A DNA stretch of 64,000 nucleotides, taken from Candidatus Bruticola sp. (GTDB taxonomy: Bacteria; Vulcanimicrobiota; Xenobia; Xenobiales; Xenobiaceae). The position numbers and the translations under genes are program-made. The DNA lies in assembly GCA_051874735.1 (NCBI GenBank), contig JBJEGD010000002.1:67721-131720 (forward strand), read 5' to 3'. Below, piece by piece: positions 41,717-52,078 of this stretch. Under the pieces are notes generated by a model that made no database searches, was not told the origin of the DNA, and was given only the letters and a program-made list of their open reading frames with translations. Every line of letters begins with the position of its first letter. Position 1 is the stretch's first letter.

Positions 41717-42517
41717 CTAGGGAGCTTGACTGTCAGTCAAGTCACATGATTCATCATCGCGTTCTTTAGGAATAATCCCCTTTGAAGGAGCAAGCTCTGT
41801 AAAATACTTTTCTTTAGTGAGGTGCATCAAAATTTTAGGCGCATCACTTTCTCCAAACCCATAACCGATTATGCCTTCTAAACTATGCAGTTTTTGACAC
41901 TCTTCTAACCCCACTCTTTTAAAACAGCGCTGCGCCCTCAAATTATAATCAGCAGTATCAAGCTCAATTAAGTCTACTTTTTCTTCTTCGAAAAGAAAAC
42001 GGTTCACTAAAGCCATCGCTTTAGTACCTACCCCGTGTCCCCGACTACCTTCACTTCCAATCATCAGACCAGCAAGAGCGATCTTGCCAATCCCTTGCAT
42101 ATAACGAAGATCGTATTTGGCTAGGCCGATAATTTCAGAGTTAAGATCGCAAACTATTAAAAAATAGCAAGGAGATTTAGGATTAGATATCAACTTAAGA
42201 TAATTATTCCTAGCGAATTCGCAATCGTAATCACTAAAAACCTTAGCGCCAAAAGAATAGCGCATTAGTTCCTTATTTTCCATCCATTGCATAATGATAT
42301 CTATATCAGAGCGCACTAATCTACGCAGCATCAACCCGAAATCAGAATCTGAAATTAGCACTTTTTTTCTATTGGCGTAAAAATTCAATATTTCACTCAT
42401 ATGAACTTTACGCTTTCTTACATGATTGCAAATATCTTGCTTATTTTTGACTTGATTGCTACTTTTGTTCGACAAAGTAGCATTAGCCTCATGAAAAATC
42501 AATTTATGATTATACAA
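41717..42517 (-). CDS. GNAT-family N-acetyltransferase (RimJ/RimL-like). An alternative start at 42400 (MSEILNF) is possible.
   Basis: IALAGLMIGSEGSRGHGVGTKAMALV is an acetyl-CoA-binding motif A-like region. Conserved C-terminal GNAT fold pattern. Confidence 0.7.
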   Translation of the reverse strand: MYNHKLIFHEANATLSNKSSNQVKNKQDICNHVRKRKVHMSEILNFYANRKKVLISDSDFGLMLRRLVRSDIDIIMQWMENKELMRYSFGAKVFSDYDCEFARNNYLKLISNPKSPCYFLIVCDLNSEIIGLAKYDLRYMQGIGKIALAGLMIGSEGSRGHGVGTKAMALVNRFLFEEEKVDLIELDTADYNLRAQRCFKRVGLEECQKLHSLEGIIGYGFGESDAPKILMHLTKEKYFTELAPSKGIIPKERDDESCDLTDSQAP

Positions 42518-42815
42518 TTAAAACCTACTACCTTGGCATGTTATTGGCTGACAGCAGACTGTAATTGACTTTTATCTGCAGTCAGCATAAGTTAAGGCAA
42601 GGTAAAAACAGCTACAGAATAAAAAAATAGGGAAAGTTTTGTAATTAGATAAATTTTACCTATATTAGAGCTGATTGAGTAATCAGTTTCAATACCTTAC
42701 CAACCTAATAGCTAAATGAAAACTGGCCTTTAAACTACAAGTTTATAGTAAAACTCATTTAAGACGGCTAACGGGGCTTCGTCTGTATAAAATTGCTGTT
42801 TTGGGAGAACAACTC

Positions 42816-45380
42816 ATGTATAAATTACGGATTAACGGTCAAGAATATACTGCAGAACAAGATAAAAAACTGCTGGCTTTTTTGCGCGAAGATCTACGCT
42901 TAACTGCAGCCAAAGACGGATGCAGCGAGGGAGTTTGCGGAGCCTGCACCGTATTATCCGATGGCAAAAAGATCAAAGCCTGCCTAGTTCCCCTGAGCAA
43001 ATTGCAGGGCAAAAATATTATAACTGTCGAGGGTATTCCGCCGCAGGAAATGCGCATCTATGAACACTGTTTTGCTCAAGCTGGCGCAGTTCAATGCGGT
43101 TTTTGCATTCCTGGCATGATAATATCGGCAAAAAGTTTATTAGACTCCAATTTAAATCCTACTGTAAAAGAAATAAAACAGGCCATACGCGGCAATTTAT
43201 GTCGTTGTACAGGATATAAAAAAATTGAGGAAGCTATACTTTTAGCCGCTGAATTTCGACGCGAAAACAAGCCTATTCCTCAACCTCTAAAATCATTGCA
43301 TATGGATGAACGGGCGAAACGTATAGACGCAGCTGAAAAAATTAATGGCTCTGGTCTGTTCACCGACGATCTCTATATAGAAGGGCTCGTTTATGCCAAG
43401 ATGCTTCACTCAAAATATCCCCGGGCCCGCATTAACAAAATTGATGTAAGCCGAGCGGCAGCTGATCCTCAATGCCTCAGAGTTATCACCAAAGAAGATG
43501 TGCCCTGCAATAAAATAGGCCATATCAAATCAGATTGGGATGTAATAATGGGCGCAGGTGATATTACTCGCTGTCTCAGTGACGTCCTTGCCGTTGTCGT
43601 AGCTGAAAGTAAAGACCATTTAGATCGACTTTGCTCTTTAATCGAAGTTGACTATACAGAGATGCCCCCCCTATCCAATCCTTTTGACGCTATGCGTGGA
43701 GATGCTCCGCTGATTCATCCTGACGGCAATATTATGAGCCGAGCCAATCTTATAAGAGGCGATGCAGAAACAGCTATAAAAAACTCTAAATATTCGGTGA
43801 CCAGAAAATATAAAACATCGTGGCAGGAACACGCTTTTATGGAACCAGAGTGCTGTGTTGCACAGCCTCAAGAAGAGAATGGCTTGCTAATTTATACGAG
43901 CAGCCAATCCGTTTACGATGTTAGACGGGAATGCGCCCAAATGCTTAAGCTACCGCCAGAAAACATTCACTGCCGAGCGACTTTAGTCGGCGGAGGATTT
44001 GGGGGCAAAGAAGATATGTCTGTCCAGCAATACGCCGCTTTAGCAGCCTGGATAACCAAAAGGCCTGTCAAAGTAAAGTTTACCCGCCAAGAATCTTTAG
44101 ATTATCACGTCAAACGCCATCCCATGGAAATGGAATTTACCACCGCATGCGATGAAAACGGCTTTCTCACCGGCATGAAAGCTATCATTATAGCCGATAC
44201 AGGGGCCTATGCCTCTTTGGGCGGTCCAGTCCTGCATCGTGCCTGTACCCATGCCGCCGGTCCTTACAATTACCAAAATATCGATATTTTAGGTATGTCA
44301 GTTTATACAAATAATGTTGTCTCCGGAGCCTTTCGCGGTTTTGGTGTAGCTCAAACTTGTTTTGCTACAGAAATGAACCTCAACCTGTTAGCGGAAAAAG
44401 TCGGACTTGATCCTTGGGAATTTCGCCGCCGCAATGTCATAAATCCTGGCGATACTCTACCTAATGGTCAGATTGCCGATCCCGATACCAATATGGCAGC
44501 CTGCCTTGACGCAGTCAAAGACATTTACTATGCCAATCCCTACGCAGGCTTAGCCTGTGGCTTCAAAAATTCCGGCACAGGTATGGGTAAACGAGATATC
44601 GGGCGTGTTCTGATATCGATAGAAAACGGCCGAATTCACCTCCGCACTTCAGCTGCCTGTATGGGCCAAGGCATCGGTCAAATGGTTCTCACTGAAGTAT
44701 GCCATGTGACAGAGCTTGATCCTAGCCTTTTTGTATTTGAAAATGCAGATACAGTTCGGACTCCCAATTCAGGAACTTCTACAGCTTCACGCCAGACGGT
44801 AATGACTGGAGAAGCAGCTCGCCGCGCAGGGGAGAAATTAAAAGCGGCTCTATCGGGCGGCAAGACTATATCCGATCTGGAAGGGCAAGAATTTTTAGGT
44901 GAATATTCAGCCAAAACAGATCCTCTCGGAGCAGTGAAAGACAATCCTATCAGCCATGTTTCCTACTCTTACGGAGTTCAGGTCGTCATTCTTAATGAAC
45001 AAGGGCGTATCAACAAAGTTGTTTCTGCTTTTGATGTAGGTATACCAGTAAATATTCAATCTGTAGAAGGACAAATTGAGGGGGGAATGCTTATGGGAGT
45101 AGGTTACGGAGTTACTGAAAAATTTGAGTGTATTGACAGTCGTCCTCAAAATAAATTCGCTACTCTCGGCTTAATACGCGCCCCTGAAGCGCCTGAACTT
45201 GAAGTTATAATATGCCGACCCCAAAAAGGTGATCAATCGCCTTATTCTCTTGGCGCCAAAGGATGTGGGGAGCTCTGTATGATTCCGACCGCCCCAGCCT
45301 GTGCTCATGCTTACTACAAACTTGACGGCAAATTCAGACAAAGTTTACCTTTAACAGATACTCCTTACCAACGCCGTTAA
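42816..45380 (+). CDS. Molybdopterin aldehyde oxidoreductase of the xanthine dehydrogenase family (2Fe-2S N-terminus plus Moco-binding domains, no FAD domain; Mop-like).
   Basis: Two [2Fe-2S] clusters (CSEGVCGACTV and QCGFCIPGMI...CRCTGY). Moco domain GGGFGGKED. A Mop-like aldehyde oxidoreductase of about 907 aa in Desulfovibrio gigas has the same architecture. Start at MYKLRINGQ with RBS ggaga upstream. Confidence 0.8.
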   Translation: MYKLRINGQEYTAEQDKKLLAFLREDLRLTAAKDGCSEGVCGACTVLSDGKKIKACLVPLSKLQGKNIITVEGIPPQEMRIYEHCFAQAGAVQCGFCIPGMIISAKSLLDSNLNPTVKEIKQAIRGNLCRCTGYKKIEEAILLAAEFRRENKPIPQPLKSLHMDERAKRIDAAEKINGSGLFTDDLYIEGLVYAKMLHSKYPRARINKIDVSRAAADPQCLRVITKEDVPCNKIGHIKSDWDVIMGAGDITRCLSDVLAVVVAESKDHLDRLCSLIEVDYTEMPPLSNPFDAMRGDAPLIHPDGNIMSRANLIRGDAETAIKNSKYSVTRKYKTSWQEHAFMEPECCVAQPQEENGLLIYTSSQSVYDVRRECAQMLKLPPENIHCRATLVGGGFGGKEDMSVQQYAALAAWITKRPVKVKFTRQESLDYHVKRHPMEMEFTTACDENGFLTGMKAIIIADTGAYASLGGPVLHRACTHAAGPYNYQNIDILGMSVYTNNVVSGAFRGFGVAQTCFATEMNLNLLAEKVGLDPWEFRRRNVINPGDTLPNGQIADPDTNMAACLDAVKDIYYANPYAGLACGFKNSGTGMGKRDIGRVLISIENGRIHLRTSAACMGQGIGQMVLTEVCHVTELDPSLFVFENADTVRTPNSGTSTASRQTVMTGEAARRAGEKLKAALSGGKTISDLEGQEFLGEYSAKTDPLGAVKDNPISHVSYSYGVQVVILNEQGRINKVVSAFDVGIPVNIQSVEGQIEGGMLMGVGYGVTEKFECIDSRPQNKFATLGLIRAPEAPELEVIICRPQKGDQSPYSLGAKGCGELCMIPTAPACAHAYYKLDGKFRQSLPLTDTPYQRR

Positions 45381-45567
45381 TTTGATTATTTTCCCCAACT
45401 AAATAACTTTAACTAAAAAGCTACAGACTAGCGGTCAGACGACTAGGAGCCTATTTTAGTAATATAATTATCCTGCAAACGGTAAAGCAGGGCTTTTAAA
45501 GCAAAGCGCAGAAGGCAGGGGAAACTTGCTGTCTAGCTCACACAAGCAGGCAGCTTTTATTTAATTT

Positions 45568-46239
45568 ATGACTTCGCTACGTCTGGCGATGGAGAAGAGG
45601 CATAAGTTGGCTAAACGAGATTATTATTTAGTTTTAGGTGTAGCGCCCATTGCTTCGCCGGAAGAGATCAAAAAAGCCTACAGAGCGCTTTCTAAGAAGT
45701 ATCATCCTGATGCCAATCCTGACATGAAGAATGAAGCCGATCAAAAAATGAAGGAGCTGATTGAAGCTTACAACATTCTAAATGATCCGGCTAAACGCAA
45801 AGAATACGATTCTCAGCCTCAGTTCAAAGTGCGTCGCTTTGCTAAATCTTCAGCTCGCACTAAAATAGACAAAGGGACTGCTGCTAGTAAGAAACCGGAT
45901 ACTCCAGAAGAAGCCTCTCCAATTTTGCGCTGGATTAAGAAACTTTTCAGCAAGCCTGAAAATGCTGCTAAGGAGTTCCGTGCCGATCCGAAACAAGCTG
46001 ACGTCCATTTCACTCTGGGTCTTTCTATGTCAGAAACTGAAAGTTTTATGGACCAAGCTTGCCGAGAGTTCAAGCTAGCTCTTAAATTTGATCCTAATCA
46101 TAAAGAAGCTTGTTATAATATGGCTCTCATGCAATACAAGACCGGCGATTTTGAAGGTGCTAAGGCTACACTGCGGCGCTGCTCAGAAATAGACTCACAA
46201 GATCCGGCTACTAGAGTAATGATTAGTCTTCTGCAGTAA
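45568..46239 (+). CDS. J-domain (DnaJ-like) protein with C-terminal TPR-like repeats.
   Basis: [35 protein letters not shown] contains the HPD motif. C-terminal TPR-like helices. Confidence 0.7.
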   Translation: MTSLRLAMEKRHKLAKRDYYLVLGVAPIASPEEIKKAYRALSKKYHPDANPDMKNEADQKMKELIEAYNILNDPAKRKEYDSQPQFKVRRFAKSSARTKIDKGTAASKKPDTPEEASPILRWIKKLFSKPENAAKEFRADPKQADVHFTLGLSMSETESFMDQACREFKLALKFDPNHKEACYNMALMQYKTGDFEGAKATLRRCSEIDSQDPATRVMISLLQ

Positions 46240-46271
46240 AACTATAAAAAGTCGGTGGCAGATCGCAACAT

Positions 46272-46306
46272 ACAAAAAGCAGGCTGTGTCACAGCCTGCT
46301 TTTTGT
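46272..46306. terminator. Bidirectional rho-independent terminator: 17-bp perfect inverted repeat.
   Basis: acaaaaagcaggctgtg t cacagcctgctttttgt between the convergent genes 45568..46239 (+) and 46311..47456 (-). Confidence 0.7.
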
Positions 46307-46310
46307 ATGT

Positions 46311-47456
46311 TTATTCGGCAATTGCTGTTTTAGGTTTGGGGCCAGGATATTGAAAATAATTGCAGGGGATCATTCCATTGTAAAGCTTACGTCGGCGTTG
46401 GGCCTTACTTCCAAAGCAAGCCTCAAAATCGGGATGTGAGGAAATAATATAAAAAGACCAATCTGACCTTTCTTTATAGAGGCCACCTAAAACGGCGTAT
46501 AAATATTCCGCTTCTTCAATGTCTAAAAGGCGCTCTCCATAAGGAGGGTTAGTAATCAGCACTCCATATTTAGCAGAAGAAGCGAAGTCTCGAATATCCC
46601 GTTCCTGAAAATTAATACCTCTACCTTCCAAACCACATTGCTGCAAATGGAGACGAGCCAGCTTCAAAGTTTTGGCGTTGTTGTCGAATCCAGCAATATG
46701 CAACTTAGTATTACGATCTAACAGATCTTCAGCTTCCTCCAAAGCCCGCTTCCAAACTTGGCTGCTAATAAATGGCCAACTTTCAGAGGCAAATTTTCTA
46801 GTTAAGCCAGGAGCCATATTCAAGCCTATCATAGCAGCTTCCAGACAGATGGTACCTGAACCGCAAAAAGGATCTATAAGCACGCGATCTTTATTCCAAA
46901 AACTTAGCTGTACTAAACCAGCAGCCAACGTTTCTCTCAGAGGAGCAGGAGCATTCCAAGTACGATACCCGCGTTTGTGCAACCCCGAGCCAGAAGTGTC
47001 CAAAAGCACTTCGCATTCATCATTGGCTAAAAAAACCTTAATAGGAAAATGGGCCCCATTTTCATCTAGAATTGTTCTGCGATAGCTAGACTGCATAATT
47101 TCAACTACAGCCTTTTTAGCCGTCCTCTGAATAGCCGGCAAACTGGTAAGCTTCGACTTGTAGGTGTGGGCGTCTACTGGGAATTCGGCGTTAACAGGCA
47201 TAAGTTCAGCCCAAGGTATTTTTTTTAGGCCCCAAAATAGTTCTTCAAAATTTGAACAGGGAAACTTCTTAAGGCTCCACCACACACGATCAGCACTGCG
47301 CAACCACAAATTAGCACGGCAAATGTCGGCTTCTTCACCTACAAAACGAATCCGTCCGTTTTCAGAATGGACTTTATCCATATTTAGCTTCTCTAATTCG
47401 CGAGCGACAACAGACTCTAATCCTAAAGCACAGGAGGCTATCAAATTAAATTTCAT
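46311..47456 (-). CDS. THUMP-domain class-I SAM-dependent RNA methyltransferase (COG0116, RlmL/Trm14-like).
   Basis: N-terminal THUMP-like region. SAM-binding DPFCGSGT. Catalytic ITNPPYGERL (N/DPPY motif IV). Confidence 0.75.
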   Translation of the reverse strand: MKFNLIASCALGLESVVARELEKLNMDKVHSENGRIRFVGEEADICRANLWLRSADRVWWSLKKFPCSNFEELFWGLKKIPWAELMPVNAEFPVDAHTYKSKLTSLPAIQRTAKKAVVEIMQSSYRRTILDENGAHFPIKVFLANDECEVLLDTSGSGLHKRGYRTWNAPAPLRETLAAGLVQLSFWNKDRVLIDPFCGSGTICLEAAMIGLNMAPGLTRKFASESWPFISSQVWKRALEEAEDLLDRNTKLHIAGFDNNAKTLKLARLHLQQCGLEGRGINFQERDIRDFASSAKYGVLITNPPYGERLLDIEEAEYLYAVLGGLYKERSDWSFYIISSHPDFEACFGSKAQRRRKLYNGMIPCNYFQYPGPKPKTAIAE

Positions 47457-47719
47457 ATTATTTGCCTTACAATACTCTGTTCTGCTCCGGATTATTTTCC
47501 AGCTTACAACTGGACAAAGTACGCAGCAGATTTTTATAACAAAATTTATTTCAGCTGCAGAACAGGATCACTAAAAATATATTAAAATTCCCAGAGCCGG
47601 GGTAAATTAAACTACTAACGCTCCTCTCCCTGCTATTTAGCAGAGTAATGAACGCTTAACAAAAAGGTTATATTTAGCTGCATCTAACTCGAATACAAAA
47701 AGAAAGTGTCACTTAATTT

Positions 47720-48196
47720 ATGAAGAAAAAGAAGCTTATCTATTTCAATATACTTATCTTGTTAATTATAGGCTTTGTCATGTCTTGTTGGGGAGCCAGT
47801 GCCAAAGCAGATGAGGTAAAATACACTATAAGACTAGCCGCTCCGGGCATGACGCCAGAAGAAGTAATAAAAGCCGTCGGTCAGCCCACTTTTAAAGCCA
47901 AAAAGAATCAGTCCTGGCACTATCGTAAAAAGCCTAACGCTCCTGTCAATTTAAGCGATCCCCAAATAACTTTCAAAGACAACTGCGCTTATGTTATTAT
48001 CGGAGGTCAATTAGAAGCTAACGCAGTTACCATTCTTTCACGCGGAGACCGAGAAAATAAAATAAGTGAAGTCTTAGGCAAAGCTGATAAGATAGAAACA
48101 GGGGAAATGCCCAAGGTAAAAATATATTACTACCATAAATTAGCATTGCAGATCGTGACCCATAACGGTCAAGTCATGGTTATGCGCTTCAACTAG
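47720..48196 (+). CDS. Small secreted protein of unknown function.
   Basis: Signal peptide MKKKKLIYFNILILLIIGFVMSCWGASA. Confidence 0.5.
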   Translation: MKKKKLIYFNILILLIIGFVMSCWGASAKADEVKYTIRLAAPGMTPEEVIKAVGQPTFKAKKNQSWHYRKKPNAPVNLSDPQITFKDNCAYVIIGGQLEANAVTILSRGDRENKISEVLGKADKIETGEMPKVKIYYYHKLALQIVTHNGQVMVMRFN

Positions 48197-48224
48197 ATAT
48201 AGAAGCAGCTCAAAGCAGTACTAT

Positions 48225-49070
48225 TTACCTTAAGCAGCATAAGGCCGCCCCCAACCAGAGCAGCCACGCTTCATTTAACTCTTTAGAAGCTCCTAGAACG
48301 TCGCCGGTGACTCCTTCAAGTCGGCGACGGCTAATATAGCTAATTAGCCAAGTTAAGCAAATGCCTGACAGCATTAGGACAGCGGCCTCTTCCTTATAGA
48401 TTAGGCCTTCGCAACGGCCATAAAGACAGCTAGCAATAGTGGCTGCAGTAAAGAAAATTAAAGCGGAGACCAAGACATGAACGGGCTTAGTTTCACTGAC
48501 AACATTGCCAGCCAAACTCTCATTTTCACGGGCATATTTATTAAAGGCAGCCTGCGCTACCATAAACAAACTGGCTGCAGGTGGAATTAAAATGAGCCAG
48601 TCCCAAGCTCTAAAGTAAAATAGCACTGCTGCTCCACTTATTTTTGCAGCTATCACTAATATTAAAGCTATAGTGCCGAATGACCCGATATGAGAGTCTT
48701 TCATAATGCGCAGCGTATTCTCTTTAGTCCATCCTCCTCCCCAACCATCAAAGGAGTCAGCTAAACCATCCAGATGAAATCCTCTACTCAGAAACGCAGC
48801 GGCAGCAGTGTAGGCGATTCCCGCTAAAACAGATACAAAAGCGGCAGCTATGTCTGAAGCAGGATGGCCCAGCTGAAAAAGCAGCCATCCTGGCAGCAGA
48901 GAAACTAAACTAACAACTAACCCCACTAAGGGGCTCCACATTAATACTTGGCCATAATTGCTGGAGTTTTCTCCCCAACAGGGCATAATGCTCAAAATTC
49001 TGAAGGCCGAGGCTATCCCCCACAACTCACACAGACTCTTTTTATTCATAATTTTCCTTAAATTCGTCAA
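48225..49070 (-). CDS. cobS: Adenosylcobinamide-GDP ribazoletransferase (cobalamin synthase).
   Basis: GFHLDGLADSFDG and GVTGDVLGA CobS signatures. Polytopic membrane protein. Confidence 0.8.
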   Translation of the reverse strand: MTNLRKIMNKKSLCELWGIASAFRILSIMPCWGENSSNYGQVLMWSPLVGLVVSLVSLLPGWLLFQLGHPASDIAAAFVSVLAGIAYTAAAAFLSRGFHLDGLADSFDGWGGGWTKENTLRIMKDSHIGSFGTIALILVIAAKISGAAVLFYFRAWDWLILIPPAASLFMVAQAAFNKYARENESLAGNVVSETKPVHVLVSALIFFTAATIASCLYGRCEGLIYKEEAAVLMLSGICLTWLISYISRRRLEGVTGDVLGASKELNEAWLLWLGAALCCLR

Positions 49071-49092
49071 CCTGTACAGGATTAACGAAAGC

Positions 49093-49704
49093 TTAAATTA
49101 GCTGCTGGGGCGGATAATTCCGCCCTGGTCTATCCGTACTGGGGGTTGCTTTTAATGTAAGCGGAAGTCCAGCTACAATCAGTACAACTTGATCGGCCAA
49201 AGAAGCTATATATTGATTGAGACGCCCTTGGCGATCGCGAAAAAGACGCGATTCAGCTTGAGCCGGTACGAGTCCCCATCCCAATTCGCTGGAAACAATA
49301 ACCAAATCGAAGGGTAATTTTACCAAAGTCTGCCCAAAAAGTTTTATTTCTGGAAAACAATCTAAACTATCATCAGTATAGGTTGCTATTTTGTCCTGTT
49401 TTTCAAGAGTTGCACGATAGGTCAGATTACCTAACCAAGTGGTTAAGCAATCTATAAGTACCACTTTAGTACCATTTTTTATACTTAAAAGAGCTTTGTC
49501 TAAATTGTAAGCTTCTTCAAGCGTATAAAAAAGACCGTGCCTTCTCTCTTGATGTTTTTTTATACGCTCGGCCATTTCCTCATCGCAGGCAACTCCAGCA
49601 GCCAGATAGCAACGCTGGGAAGCCTCTTCTGCTAAAGACACAGCGTAATTTTCAGCCCAACCACTTTTACCGCTGCGGGCTCCTCCAAGGACTAACGTAA
49701 TCAT
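49093..49704 (-). CDS. cobU: Bifunctional adenosylcobinamide kinase / adenosylcobinamide-phosphate guanylyltransferase.
   Basis: P-loop VLGGARSGKS at N-terminus. About 200 aa, typical CobU/CobP size. Sits in a cob gene cluster. Confidence 0.8.
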   Translation of the reverse strand: MITLVLGGARSGKSGWAENYAVSLAEEASQRCYLAAGVACDEEMAERIKKHQERRHGLFYTLEEAYNLDKALLSIKNGTKVVLIDCLTTWLGNLTYRATLEKQDKIATYTDDSLDCFPEIKLFGQTLVKLPFDLVIVSSELGWGLVPAQAESRLFRDRQGRLNQYIASLADQVVLIVAGLPLTLKATPSTDRPGRNYPPQQLI

Positions 49705-49736
49705 AAATAATTAAAACCTCAAAGCCGAATCACCCT

Positions 49737-50624
49737 TTATTCAAAGCCTATAAAATTGGCTAATTTAGGATGAGAAGATAAGGCCAGTTCATGATGGCTG
49801 CCACAAAATTCTCTAAGACACTGATACCACTCGTTCGGTGAAAAAACTTCGAAAGTTAACGGCAATTTCCGTATTCTTCCCCAACAGTCAGCATGTCCAA
49901 ATTTAGATTTTTGGTTTAAAAAATTGACTAAAGCAGATGAAAAAAGACTCAAGTCAGTCTTATTGTCTGTCTGTATAGCTATATGATCAATTCCGGAATA
50001 CTTCTGCACCCCATGCAAATGGAGAGCTCCTAATCTGGGCCATATTTTAGACCAAAAATTAGAAGAAATACTGCCATTCTTCCAAGCATGGCCCAAATCG
50101 AGACACACAGATAACCCTAAACGATTAATCAACGGCCAAATTAAAGTGTAGTCGTAACACAAATTCTCTACGCAGAGCAGATCCGGCTGCAGCAGTCTCA
50201 TATTTAAAAAGGCTTCAGCCATACATTCAGTAACTTCCAGCCAGCTTTGCAAATCGGCAGCTGGGCACTTAGATAAAGCTTCTGATTCCCAATGCCAAAT
50301 ATAGGCCCGAGGATTAAGACAGCTAAGAGCTTCTGCAGCCCTGCGCCATTCATTCAGAACCTGCTGCTGCCATCTCTTATGTAAAGGATGAACGTTCAAT
50401 GAAGCCGGCAAATGTACAGTATAGCTGCAGCTAAAACGCTCAGCCAGATCAACCATTTCCTGCAGTTCCGAAGGGCTGGGATAATTGCTTAAACCGTCGT
50501 ACTCATAAACAATAATTTCAATATTGTCAACATAAGGAGCCAGACGGCGCACATTGTCAATAATAGGAGCTTCCCAAGTACACCCGGAAGCCCCTACAGC
50601 CAGACGTTGCCAAATAGAATCCAC
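49737..50624 (-). CDS. Xylose-isomerase-like TIM-barrel / AP-endonuclease-2 superfamily protein embedded in the cob cluster. Candidate CbiR-like cobamide-remodelling enzyme.
   Basis: Position between cobT and cobU. LHLHG and HLPASLNV TIM-barrel-like motifs. The CbiR assignment rests on context plus fold family only. Confidence 0.4.
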   Translation of the reverse strand: MDSIWQRLAVGASGCTWEAPIIDNVRRLAPYVDNIEIIVYEYDGLSNYPSPSELQEMVDLAERFSCSYTVHLPASLNVHPLHKRWQQQVLNEWRRAAEALSCLNPRAYIWHWESEALSKCPAADLQSWLEVTECMAEAFLNMRLLQPDLLCVENLCYDYTLIWPLINRLGLSVCLDLGHAWKNGSISSNFWSKIWPRLGALHLHGVQKYSGIDHIAIQTDNKTDLSLFSSALVNFLNQKSKFGHADCWGRIRKLPLTFEVFSPNEWYQCLREFCGSHHELALSSHPKLANFIGFE

Positions 50625-50649
50625 CTTTACAAAACTGCCTCAGTTTTTC

Positions 50650-51735
50650 TTAATTTGCCTTTTGTGCTTTGGCCTCCAAGATTGTGCCTCCGACATCTCC
50701 CATTCCTTCTTCTTCAGAGCTAGTTACCTCATTAAAAATAGCTAAGGCTTCTTCAATTAAAGGCCAAGCTAAAATAGCTCCGGAGCCCTCGCCTAAACAT
50801 AATCCCAAACGCAACAGAGGAGTAAGTCCCAAATACTCCAACTGCAATCTATGCGCAGGCTCATTAGATTGATGAGCGGCAATCATATATGGACGTATAC
50901 GGCTATCAATTAAATCTGCCACTAACAAAGCAGCCGTAACAATAACTCCATCAACAATTATAACTAAACCACGTCCCGCCGCCTCTAACGCACCACCAGC
51001 AATAAAGGCCAATTCAGCTCCACCCATGCGGGCCATTAAATCGATAGGATCATCTACACTGCGACTGCGCTCCATAATGCGCTTGACAACTTCCCGCTTA
51101 GCAGCTAAAGCGGTGCTACTCAATCCAGTTCCTTCACCGACCACGCTTTCAACATTCAAGTTTAAAATATGTCCAGTCAACGCTGCCGATGGAGTAGTGT
51201 TAGATATGCCCATTTCACCGAAGATAACGGATTTTGCCCCCATATCAGCTTGCTTAGCAACAATATCGCGGCCATGTTCAAAACACTTGAGACACTCTTC
51301 CCTGGTCATAGCATCTTCTAAACTTATATCGCCAGTGCCGAATACAACCTTACAATTTACAATACCGTCTTGGGGAACGAAATTATGCTTTACCCCTACA
51401 TCAGCCAAAATAAGAGGTAAGCCGTGTTTTTTAGCAAAAAGGCCGGCTACACCACCTCCAGAGACTAAGCTAAGACTATGCTGCCAAGTAACAGCCTGCG
51501 GCGCATAACTCACTTTTTGGGCAAAAACTCCGTGATCGCCAGCTCCTATAATGACCGTGGGTTTGCCTAAATCAGGCTTAAGACTGCGCTGTAAACAAGC
51601 TATCTTAACAGCAACTTTTTCCAATTCGCCCATAGAACGAGGGGGAATACTTTTGTGATTGAGATGTTCCCAACATTGCTCAGCAAAAGTTTCATCTACA
51701 GGTAAAACAGGGGTGTAGCTAAAAGACATGCGCAA
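50650..51735 (-). CDS. cobT: Nicotinate-nucleotide--dimethylbenzimidazole phosphoribosyltransferase.
   Basis: GEMGISNTTPSAAL and LGEGSGA CobT family motifs. 361 aa. Confidence 0.85.
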   Translation of the reverse strand: MRMSFSYTPVLPVDETFAEQCWEHLNHKSIPPRSMGELEKVAVKIACLQRSLKPDLGKPTVIIGAGDHGVFAQKVSYAPQAVTWQHSLSLVSGGGVAGLFAKKHGLPLILADVGVKHNFVPQDGIVNCKVVFGTGDISLEDAMTREECLKCFEHGRDIVAKQADMGAKSVIFGEMGISNTTPSAALTGHILNLNVESVVGEGTGLSSTALAAKREVVKRIMERSRSVDDPIDLMARMGGAELAFIAGGALEAAGRGLVIIVDGVIVTAALLVADLIDSRIRPYMIAAHQSNEPAHRLQLEYLGLTPLLRLGLCLGEGSGAILAWPLIEEALAIFNEVTSSEEEGMGDVGGTILEAKAQKAN

Positions 51736-51792
51736 AAATTCTCCATCATGACAAAATAAATAAAAAAAACAGCCCTTAAGGCTGTCTGAATG

Positions 51793-52077
51793 CTAACTGA
51801 AATTGTACACTTTGTGCTCCAACAATATTTCTACCATTTCGGCCGCACTCACCAAATATAAGCCCTCTCCGCTCTTATTACCTACCCCCATAGCCTCTGC
51901 CTCCTCACGCAAAGCGTAAATTTTGCGCTTAGCGAACATAGCTGCAGGCAACAAAAGACCGCGCCCTACTAAGAAAATATCGGCGTCGTTGCAATAGCCC
52001 AACATGCGACGGGCTTCTACAATAGAATCGCGCCCAACAATGAAAAGATCATTTTTTTTGTCCGTACCCATGTTCAC
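51793..52077 (-). CDS. DsrH/TusB-like small protein.
   Basis: 94 aa. KIYALREEAEAMGV...VSAAEMVEILLEHKVYNF resembles the TusB/DsrH C-terminal pattern. Third gene of a D-C-B ordered triplet. Confidence 0.5.
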   Translation of the reverse strand: MNMGTDKKNDLFIVGRDSIVEARRMLGYCNDADIFLVGRGLLLPAAMFAKRKIYALREEAEAMGVGNKSGEGLYLVSAAEMVEILLEHKVYNFS

Positions 52078-52078
52078 C

